A stretch of DNA of 64,000 nt. Source: a virus. Below, piece after piece: positions 56,930 through 64,000 of this stretch; position 1 is the first letter of the stretch, and every line of letters begins with the position of its first letter. The stretch lies in IMG/VR virus record IMGVR_UViG_3300031519_000002; one strand, 5' to 3'. The notes below the pieces were generated by a model. That model saw only the letters and a program-made list of their open reading frames with translations. It was not told where the DNA came from and searched no databases. The position numbers and the translations under genes were made by a program.

Positions 56930-57649
56930 CTATATAAAGAATTGTTGATTAATTCTATAATTTTTATCTGTAAACATGCTTGGCTTTACATATGCCGAGT
57001 GTAGCAAGGATTGATTGTACAATACCATTCTATTATACTGCATTGGAACCATTCCAATCATTTTCCAATCATGTGAACTATCAGTTATGTATTTTGTTAC
57101 TTTAGTAGTACCAGTAACATCCATTCCGATATCTCCGTTTATTAGTTGTACTCGGTCAGTAAAGCATGTTTCGCCTCCAAACTCGTAAAAGCTAGTGCCG
57201 CCGTTACACTCGTTAGCATTGTTTAAGTAAATTGTACTAGCAAGATTTGTTCCTGAAGGATTATCTTGATGCGGCACAAGTGGCGGCAACTTATCTGACT
57301 GCATAACATTAACCATAAAGGTTGCATTCATAAAACTATTTTGCATGTATTCTTGTGGTTTATGTTCCATAATCTCTGGAAAATATGTTCTACTCAATTG
57401 ATCAAATGCCCAAGCCATACCGCTTAACTCATAAAATGCATTTACTCTCTCGGCAGGATTGCCTCCTCTAATACGTTTATTAGTTGATGCTGGAATATCT
57501 AATGCAAGTTGTCGCACCATATCTGGATTCTTATAAAAATTATCAACTACTAATACTGGAACTTTATGTTGTCCAAATCTCCATAGCCTTGCATCAAAGT
57601 CTCGGTTAATATCAAATGTTTCTACTTCGTTAATTGTATTTTTATTCAT
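56930..57649 (-). CDS. DUF6445-like 2OG-Fe(II) oxygenase-fold protein
   Basis: VVDNFYKNPD, PHQD, YLN..GGTSFY, NRMVLY..LHS, R..Q. Confidence 0.75.
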   Translation of the reverse strand: MNKNTINEVETFDINRDFDARLWRFGQHKVPVLVVDNFYKNPDMVRQLALDIPASTNKRIRGGNPAERVNAFYELSGMAWAFDQLSRTYFPEIMEHKPQEYMQNSFMNATFMVNVMQSDKLPPLVPHQDNPSGTNLASTIYLNNANECNGGTSFYEFGGETCFTDRVQLINGDIGMDVTGTTKVTKYITDSSHDWKMIGMVPMQYNRMVLYNQSLLHSAYVKPSMFTDKNYRINQQFFI

Positions 57650-58244
57650 TTATACGTTCCTTAATAATAAAATTAGCACTAATTGTTGCTCTTACTTCTG
57701 TGCTATTGTTAGGCGAAACATAATGTTCTAATGTGCTTGGAAAATATATAATGTCACCTTCGTCTAGTGGGGGTGTTATTCTATTGTTAAACTTAAAAGG
57801 CTGTGTAGTTAACTTTGGTAAGTCTGATTGATGGAAATAATCATATGCATTTTTGTAAAATGTAAAGTTTCCGCTATTAGTAGGCGTGTGCATCATATAT
57901 GCACAACTAATAATAGATTCTCCAGCATGATTGTGAACTTCTTGGAATTGCCCATTGGTGTATCTATTGAGCCAACATTCAATCCTGTAATCTCTTGGAA
58001 GATCTAGTTCGTAAATTTCCAAGTACTCATTAAGACCTGCAATAGCCGACTTAATAAACTGTTGCCAAGGTAAGCTATCAGCATCTCTATTACCGAAAGT
58101 TGTATCTACGTTACTATTCCATGTTGGAACTTCACTAAAGTACTCATCGCCTTTGAGTACTTCAGTAAAATCCGCTTGTATATCTACATGGTTGGCTAAC
58201 TTTGCTTTATATACCGGTACAGAATATATAGATTGATGTGTCAC
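57642..58244 (-). CDS. 2OG-Fe(II) oxygenase (TIGR02466-like)
   Basis: WLN....FQEVHNH, SCAY, FPSTLEHYV, RATISAN. Confidence 0.82.
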   Translation of the reverse strand: MTHQSIYSVPVYKAKLANHVDIQADFTEVLKGDEYFSEVPTWNSNVDTTFGNRDADSLPWQQFIKSAIAGLNEYLEIYELDLPRDYRIECWLNRYTNGQFQEVHNHAGESIISCAYMMHTPTNSGNFTFYKNAYDYFHQSDLPKLTTQPFKFNNRITPPLDEGDIIYFPSTLEHYVSPNNSTEVRATISANFIIKERINE

Positions 58245-60073
58245 TAGTTCTTCATTTCGATCATTACACTATATTCTGGCAAATAGCAGTATTCCATTTC
58301 ACTATTGTAAAGTGTACGAATTGCATCATCTAGTGTTTCTACTAACGGCTCACCACCTAAGTTAAAACTAGTATTAAAGATAATTGGCACATTGGTTTGC
58401 GCATAAAATTCAGTAATAATATCATAATAGTGCTTATTTTGTTTTCTTGTTACAGTTTGTATGCGACATGTTCCATCAACATGTATAATACTAGGAATTA
58501 AATCTTGTTTACCTTCTTGGCAATCCATTGCATACATCATATGCGGACTTTCTTCCAGTCCTCGCATATCAAACCACTCACTTGCATGTTCAGCAAGGAT
58601 AGTTCCTGCAAATGGACGGAAATATTCTCTACGCTTAACACTATTAACATGATCTTTACCGTTCGGGTCAGTTGGATCATACATAATACTTCTGTTACCT
58701 AATGCACGTGGGCCGTTTTCACTTTTTCCTTGAAACATTGTTACAATGTTTTTATTACGAATTAGATCAACAACTTTTTTATTATCTGCTTCTACAACTG
58801 TTGCTCCGTATTTGTCAGCAACTTCTTTAATTTCTTCTGCGCTATAATGATATTCAAATCCTTCGTAGATTGTTTCTGCTAACGGACGTACTTTAGTATC
58901 TTTAGTTGTTTGATGGTACATCATCATTGCCGCACCGATTGCAGTGCCTGCATCGTTACTAACTGGCTCTACATACAAAGTAATACCTTCTTTTTGTAGC
59001 TTATCAAGATACCAATAGTTAGCAACACAGTTTAGTGCATAGCCACCACTTAGTACAACATTTTTGTTGCCACTCATTTCAACTGCTTTCATAATAAGAC
59101 TTAAAACTTCTTGTTGTGATTCTGTTTGTACAGCATATGCTAAGTCTCGACGGTTTTCTAGTGTAGTTAAATCAACTTTACTATTAATTACGTCTTCTGA
59201 TGTGTCAAGATAATCATATTTCCCTTCATTAATAACAGCCGCATTAGGATATGTTGGAACAACAACATTTCTATCACTTGTTCTCCACTTGCCACCATTG
59301 CCATCTGTATATATTGTTGGAATATTACTATTAGGTTTGCCATATGGAGCAAGTCCCATAGTTTTTCCTGCTTCAATTGGTTGGAAGCCACAATATTGTG
59401 TTACTGCTTCATATGCTTTTACAATACCTGCTGTATCGTCAAGTACTAGTTCGTGATATCCTTCTTCACCTTCTCTATCTGACGGAATATACGGAATACA
59501 TGTACTTGGGAACGGGCCATTTCCGCCTTGATGTTTATACAATGTTTTAAATGCATCGGGATATGCACAATTAAAAATACTTTCAGTTTCCCATGTCATA
59601 AATTCATCGTTAAAAATACCAGTATTGATATTCATAGGTATAAATGTTCCAGCACCATCAACAACTACTGCTGTTGCTGTTTCCATACCTGATCTATAAA
59701 ATGCACAAGCCGCATGTAACTTATGATGTACACTAGATAGATCAACTACTTGTCTATGTTCGTATTTTCCATCTTGCGAGTATGCGCTGTCTGAACGATC
59801 AATTAATCCTAACTTACGTGCTAGACCAGTATACATGTCTCCACCACTAAAATCAATTCTACTTGAATCTGCTAATGGTTGCGTGTGTGCAACTACCAAA
59901 TAATCAAGTTTATCAGTGTAGTCTAAAAATTTAATCATTGCGGCTAGCGGCCCACCGTCATATTTTTTACGTGTTAGTCGTTCTTCTTCGATTGCAAACA
60001 CAATCTCTCCGTCTTTAAGAAGAACAGCGCCGCCGTTATGTCCTCTTGTAATTGCTCCAATCCACTGCGTCAT
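58244..60073 (-). CDS. Carbamoyltransferase (NodU/CmcH/TobZ family)
   Basis: EEERLTRKK, HH..HA, DGAG, GKTMGLAPYG, GG.ALNCVAN, GPRALGNRS, RPFA, HVDGT.RIQT, NTSFN. Confidence 0.93.
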   Translation of the reverse strand: MTQWIGAITRGHNGGAVLLKDGEIVFAIEEERLTRKKYDGGPLAAMIKFLDYTDKLDYLVVAHTQPLADSSRIDFSGGDMYTGLARKLGLIDRSDSAYSQDGKYEHRQVVDLSSVHHKLHAACAFYRSGMETATAVVVDGAGTFIPMNINTGIFNDEFMTWETESIFNCAYPDAFKTLYKHQGGNGPFPSTCIPYIPSDREGEEGYHELVLDDTAGIVKAYEAVTQYCGFQPIEAGKTMGLAPYGKPNSNIPTIYTDGNGGKWRTSDRNVVVPTYPNAAVINEGKYDYLDTSEDVINSKVDLTTLENRRDLAYAVQTESQQEVLSLIMKAVEMSGNKNVVLSGGYALNCVANYWYLDKLQKEGITLYVEPVSNDAGTAIGAAMMMYHQTTKDTKVRPLAETIYEGFEYHYSAEEIKEVADKYGATVVEADNKKVVDLIRNKNIVTMFQGKSENGPRALGNRSIMYDPTDPNGKDHVNSVKRREYFRPFAGTILAEHASEWFDMRGLEESPHMMYAMDCQEGKQDLIPSIIHVDGTCRIQTVTRKQNKHYYDIITEFYAQTNVPIIFNTSFNLGGEPLVETLDDAIRTLYNSEMEYCYLPEYSVMIEMKN

Positions 60074-60118
60074 AGTTTTATCTTCCTTTGTTATGTTTTA
60101 ATTTTATTAGTTCGATTA

Positions 60119-60730
60119 TTAGTCAAAAGTAGGTGTTGGATTATAATTAAAATCAACTACAAATACTTTTCTTTCATTAAGTGTAGGATATGTTCCATGA
60201 AATACCCTACCGTCCATAATTACCATTTTACCTGCTTGTGTAGGATGTGTACGGTATTGAATAGTATTATCTTCTGTAGGCTGTAATGTAAATAAATTTC
60301 CAGCATATGGAAGATTAATATCTGCGTCACAATCATCTAAAAACAATATAGCTGTTAATTGCTTTCCTAGTATATGATCATGTAGTAAACTGTATGCACC
60401 CGTTGGATATCTTACACCCCATGCTTTCTTAAACTGCCCAACATTAATCGGTAATTGTTGTAATTGAAATTTTATAAAACTTTGAAATTCTAGTCTAGGA
60501 TCAATATCAGTTGGATAATCCATATTAGGCTTATAAAATTGGACGCCACCACTGAATCCTGTATTTTTGTGTCCTTCATTTTCGTCTTTAAATAAAGCTA
60601 AAAACTTTTTCCACTTAGGATAGTAAATATCATCTATAATCCAAGTTTCAATTTGATTAGGCAATACTGCTTTAGGTAGCTCAAGCGGTTCTGTATATGA
60701 ACTATTTAAGAATTGTCCCGGATCTGACAT
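60119..60730 (-). CDS. Putative 2OG-Fe(II) oxygenase
   Basis: AWGVRY...YSLLHDH, LTAILFL, FHGTYP..R. Confidence 0.65.
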   Translation of the reverse strand: MSDPGQFLNSSYTEPLELPKAVLPNQIETWIIDDIYYPKWKKFLALFKDENEGHKNTGFSGGVQFYKPNMDYPTDIDPRLEFQSFIKFQLQQLPINVGQFKKAWGVRYPTGAYSLLHDHILGKQLTAILFLDDCDADINLPYAGNLFTLQPTEDNTIQYRTHPTQAGKMVIMDGRVFHGTYPTLNERKVFVVDFNYNPTPTFD

Positions 60731-61789
60731 TTATTTTCCGGTCCTGCCTAAAATTTGTGCTGATTGAGAGCCGTGTGTTACACCATTTGAATGGACAACT
60801 CCGTGTGTAGGACAAACTTCACCTTCTTGTTGCTGTGCAACATAGTTACCAGTATATGATCTTGGCTTGCCTAAACGTTTGCGAACACTTGTAATAATCT
60901 TCTTAAAACTTTCATCGTTTAATTCCATTACTTCATCGTTAAATCGTTCAACTGCATCTTCCATTGTAAGTCTAATAGGACTAAACTTGCGTCTACCCTC
61001 ACCTAAATCAACAATGTCAAAGTCTGGACTATCAGGATATGAAATATTAATAGGGTAAGTACTGCCAATAACACTTGTACACGTAGTACCGAGTGCTTTT
61101 GCCATATGTTGTCCTAAACTATCGCACCCAATAAAATGATCTGCAATTTGAATAATGCTAGACCAAACTCTTACATCACTAATTTGTGGAATTGCAATCG
61201 GCACTGTCGGAGTTTCTTCGATTGTAATTGGAAATTCGCTCATTACAACAACAGCATAATCATCACGTAAGTCTTTACAAATACGAATTACATCGTTGAG
61301 GTGGAAACTTCTAGAAGTGCTATCAATTACAAAGTCTCCCATGTTCTCTGCGGTTCTACCAAATGGTTGGAATACTACAACTTTGTCTTTTTTAGTCATT
61401 GCTTTAATTTCTTCAATGACTTTAAAGCCTTGCACCATTTCTTGCTTGTTCATATGTATTGTTGGGTCTGTTAACTCTCTAAGGCCTTCGTTATTAATTG
61501 CAATATCAAATGCCTGTGCTAAACTACATTTTTGATTATAGTATTCCCAAACTCTATATGGTTCTGGTGAGAAGCAATCCCTGTCTTTAATGTAATCTTT
61601 AAACAAGTTTTTATGCCAATTGTCGTATGCTAGTTCGTGTAATACAGGATGTCCTTTATAAAAATCCATTCCTCCTTCACAAACAATAATAAAATCTTTG
61701 TCTGTTTCGTATAACTTTTCAAATGCAGGAATAGATGCAACTACTCTGCCGGCGCCACCGTTTATAAAATATGCTTTTTTGCGTGTCAA
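60731..61789 (-). CDS. GT9-like glycosyltransferase (candidate heptosyltransferase)
   Basis: GGAGRV, VFQPFG, FIGCDSLGQHMAKALG; TTG start with AGGAGAG SD. Confidence 0.7.
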   Translation of the reverse strand: MTRKKAYFINGGAGRVVASIPAFEKLYETDKDFIIVCEGGMDFYKGHPVLHELAYDNWHKNLFKDYIKDRDCFSPEPYRVWEYYNQKCSLAQAFDIAINNEGLRELTDPTIHMNKQEMVQGFKVIEEIKAMTKKDKVVVFQPFGRTAENMGDFVIDSTSRSFHLNDVIRICKDLRDDYAVVVMSEFPITIEETPTVPIAIPQISDVRVWSSIIQIADHFIGCDSLGQHMAKALGTTCTSVIGSTYPINISYPDSPDFDIVDLGEGRRKFSPIRLTMEDAVERFNDEVMELNDESFKKIITSVRKRLGKPRSYTGNYVAQQQEGEVCPTHGVVHSNGVTHGSQSAQILGRTGK

Positions 61790-61811
61790 GGTTCTCTCCT
61801 GTGTATAGAAA

Positions 61812-61818
61812 TATTTAT
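61812..61818 (-). promoter_or_regulatory. Late promoter heading the tailoring-enzyme operon
   Basis: ATAAATA upstream of SD and TTG at 61789, downstream of a terminator. Confidence 0.65.
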
Positions 61819-61852
61819 TGGGAGAATAGATTGCTGACAGTAAACGTGGTTC

Positions 61853-61888
61853 AAAAAAAATCCCTGCATAAACTAATATACAGGGATT
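61853..61888 (-). terminator. Rho-independent terminator
   Basis: AATCCCTG...CAGGGATT stem followed by a T run on the minus strand. Confidence 0.8.
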
Positions 61889-61908
61889 ATAATTTTATTT
61901 AAAAAGAA

Positions 61909-62697
61909 CTATTTCTTACCAGCGGCTTTTTGACCTGCAACTGCAACATCAACAGCAAATGCGCCATCTCTGTAAGGATCTGCTGGATCACTTGATGGAC
62001 TTGGGTCTCTCATATCCTTTGGTACTACTGGAAACATCATAACTGCTTGCCACGGTTCGTATCCACGTGCAGTCATAACTGCTGGATGATCACGTAATCT
62101 CTGTCTGTAATCTAACCAAACTTGTTGTATCGAATCTGGTGCATCTGTTTGACCAACTTTCGCATCAGTAGCGTGTAATTCGTCGTCTCTTACATCTCTA
62201 ACTTCTTCCCATGTAAGATTCATGTTTGCGCCTGTTGCCGCCCAATCATGAACTCCTAATACAAATTCATTAGTTGTAAAGTCCCATGTAATGTTCCATT
62301 CGTCATAGACATCTCTTGGTTCTATATTAGATGTGTATTCAACGTCTTGATATCCGTCTGGTGCGTCCCAAAGAACTTCCCATTCTCTTTCGCGCCGCAT
62401 TTGGACACCTGATTCTTTGCCGGTGTCGTTACCAATTTCGCATAGTAACGGATTGGCTTTGCAATCAACTGTTACTCTCATGATATCAGCGCCAGCAGGT
62501 CTTTCTAAATCATTCTTGCGCCACAGGCACCATCCTGATTCTTTTCCATAGTCATCTGTCGATGGATCATTTTGTACTTCAAAAGTTAAAAATTCTGGAC
62601 CATCATATGTAAAGGTGCCAGTACGCCCTTGCGTAAAACTATTTGTTCTCCACTCATCCCATATTGGGTAAGTAAAATCTTGACTAATTATTCTCAT
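61909..62697 (-). CDS. Tail fibre assembly chaperone with N-terminal extension
   Basis: WEEVRDVRDDEL..TD...W..YRQRLRD.P. Confidence 0.75.
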   Translation of the reverse strand: MRIISQDFTYPIWDEWRTNSFTQGRTGTFTYDGPEFLTFEVQNDPSTDDYGKESGWCLWRKNDLERPAGADIMRVTVDCKANPLLCEIGNDTGKESGVQMRREREWEVLWDAPDGYQDVEYTSNIEPRDVYDEWNITWDFTTNEFVLGVHDWAATGANMNLTWEEVRDVRDDELHATDAKVGQTDAPDSIQQVWLDYRQRLRDHPAVMTARGYEPWQAVMMFPVVPKDMRDPSPSSDPADPYRDGAFAVDVAVAGQKAAGKK

Positions 62698-62716
62698 TTT
62701 ATTCAGCTCCTAAAAC

Positions 62717-62723
62717 TATTTAT
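62717..62723 (-). promoter_or_regulatory. Late promoter
   Basis: ATAAATA, then AGGAG, then ATG at 62697. Confidence 0.65.
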
Positions 62724-62726
62724 CAT

Positions 62727-63566
62727 TTACATAAAGGTTATTCGAACAACACCCGAACCACCCTGGCCTGATCCACCTGCACAACATTTTGCCCAGTTTC
62801 CACAATATGAACTAACGCCTGGCATGCCGCCACCTGATGGCCATTCAATATGGCATCCACAGTTACACCATGCTTCGTTAGTAGCACTAGTTGACATTTT
62901 TCCGATCTTTGGCGGTGAACCTGAACCCGAAAATGGATAGTTACAGTGACAGTTACCGTGTCCGTGAATCCATCCTGTTGATCCCATTGCACCAAAATCA
63001 GCGCCAAAAATTCCACATATATTACAGTTTTCACAGCTAAAATGAGTGTGCCTTGGACCCCATGCGTCTCCATTACACATCCAACCACCACAGCCGCCTA
63101 CTGTACAAAAATTCGATAAGTTATATCCGTTTACATAACTTTTACAACCCATACCTGCACCACAAGTGTGTGACTTACCACATGGCCATGAACCACCGGC
63201 GCATACACTGTATTGGCATCCTGGACTTGTATTAATTGTCTTTGAACCGTAGTTTCCACCAGCACCACCAATAGTAAACGAACAACAGTTACAGCATGTA
63301 TGACCTGGGCCACCGCCACCGCCACTCCAAACTTCAAATGTTACTGTACTTGCACCATCTGGTACACACCAATAACAACATTTACCATTTGCTTGTTCAC
63401 AACAACCTGATTGTCTAGCACACTGATGACATTGCATGCCACGTGCATTGTAGATCCATTGTACTCCTAGGTTATTGCCATTTCCGTGTGCAATATCATC
63501 ACTAGTTACTGTACCATTTACAATACTGTCTGTTGCTACTTTTTTATAACTTGCATATGTTGCCAT
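62727..63566 (-). CDS. Cys/Gly-rich tail fibre-type protein (glycine-rich domain)
   Basis: W.VP.G..V.FEVWSGGGGG...GGSGVVRITF scaffold; 30 Cys and 10 Trp in 279 aa (hand count). Confidence 0.75.
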   Translation of the reverse strand: MATYASYKKVATDSIVNGTVTSDDIAHGNGNNLGVQWIYNARGMQCHQCARQSGCCEQANGKCCYWCVPDGASTVTFEVWSGGGGGPGHTCCNCCSFTIGGAGGNYGSKTINTSPGCQYSVCAGGSWPCGKSHTCGAGMGCKSYVNGYNLSNFCTVGGCGGWMCNGDAWGPRHTHFSCENCNICGIFGADFGAMGSTGWIHGHGNCHCNYPFSGSGSPPKIGKMSTSATNEAWCNCGCHIEWPSGGGMPGVSSYCGNWAKCCAGGSGQGGSGVVRITFM

Positions 63567-63665
63567 TTGTTCTCTTTCCTTTTAAGCGAATGTTATTTTG
63601 ACCATTCCTGATCCACCCATATTTCCAGCCGCACAACATTTTGCCCAGTTTCCACAATATGAACT
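62779..63665. repeat. 35-bp perfect direct repeat shared by the two Cys-rich paralogs
   Basis: gcacaacattttgcccagtttccacaatatgaact at 62779-62813 and 63631-63665. Confidence 0.9.
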
Positions 63666-64000
63666 CTGTGCTGATTGTCCACCACCTGCTGGCCAGTTAA
63701 CATAACATGCACAGTTGCACCACGCTTCTGCGTTTGAGCCTGCTGTACGTTTAGCTACAAAGGGTGCCGCTCCTGATTGTTGCCAGTCTGCTGATTTACA
63801 TTGGCATTGTCCTTGACCACCTTTGACGCCAGTTGATCCCATAATTCCAAAGTCTGCTCCAAATATGCCGCAAATTAAACAGTTTGCACATGATTGTGTA
63901 TGTCTTGGTCCGTGCGCATCGCCATTACACATCCAACCACCACATGCACCTGTAGTACAGAAGTTACTTAGGTTATGTCCATTAATATAACTCTTACAAC
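63582..64000 (-). CDS. Paralogous Cys/Gly-rich fibre protein, 5' end beyond the window
   Basis: Frame open to the window edge (CKSYINGHNLSNFCTTGACGGWMC...) and collinear with 62727-63566. Confidence 0.8.
   Translation of the reverse strand, partial: CKSYINGHNLSNFCTTGACGGWMCNGDAHGPRHTQSCANCLICGIFGADFGIMGSTGVKGGQGQCQCKSADWQQSGAAPFVAKRTAGSNAEAWCNCACYVNWPAGGGQSAQSSYCGNWAKCCAAGNMGGSGMVKITFA

Noticed and set aside
123-63337. Many short ORFs antisense or out of frame to long genes (e.g. 20758-21150, 24147-24593, 26510-26863, 49121-49516)
   Set aside because: They lie almost entirely within well-supported genes, lack motifs and translation signals, and are expected shadow ORFs
62727-64000. Diversity-generating retroelement (template/variable repeat pair) in the Cys-rich genes
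   Set aside because: Both copies are coding paralogs, differences are not adenine-specific, and no reverse transcriptase is in the window
1-64000. tRNA/rRNA genes and stop-codon reassignment
   Set aside because: Intergenic gaps are short and occupied by promoters or terminators; known genes translate full length in the standard code with TAA, TAG and TGA all used as stops

Overview
This window is a gene-dense, AT-rich segment of a large tailed dsDNA phage, a contractile-tailed myovirus distantly related to T4. Its accessory gene content resembles aquatic/marine phages (inference). Layout from left to right: (1) UvsW helicase region; (2) a ~15 kb, 21-gene glycan synthesis and tailoring cassette (3868-18886) with glycosyltransferases of several families, methyltransferases, sulfotransferases, a cytidylyltransferase-cupin fusion and an SGNH-like protein; (3) recombination/replication core (uvsY, uvsX/recA, gp32-like SSB); (4) packaging, head and tail core (terminase, gp4-like nuclease, tube, sheath, dNMP kinase, neck gp13/gp14, gp15); (5) two convergent late-promoter enzyme operons flanking tail-fibre-like genes, together encoding three flavin-dependent halogenases, an ADP-heptose pathway (HldE, HldD, GmhB), four 2OG-Fe(II)-type oxygenases, a carbamoyltransferase and a GT9-like transferase; (6) a tail-fibre chaperone and tandem paralogous Gly-rich fibre proteins with extreme Cys content. 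The best candidate for an undescribed system is late-expressed chemical tailoring of the virion, aimed at Cys/Trp-rich fibres in which Cys occupies positions normally held by Thr/Ser. This is inference, not demonstrated. The window also shows a fixed spacing of late promoter to ATG that points to leaderless late mRNAs. No tRNA, rRNA, CRISPR array, intein or reverse transcriptase was seen. Family assignments come from motif recognition only; no database searches were run.
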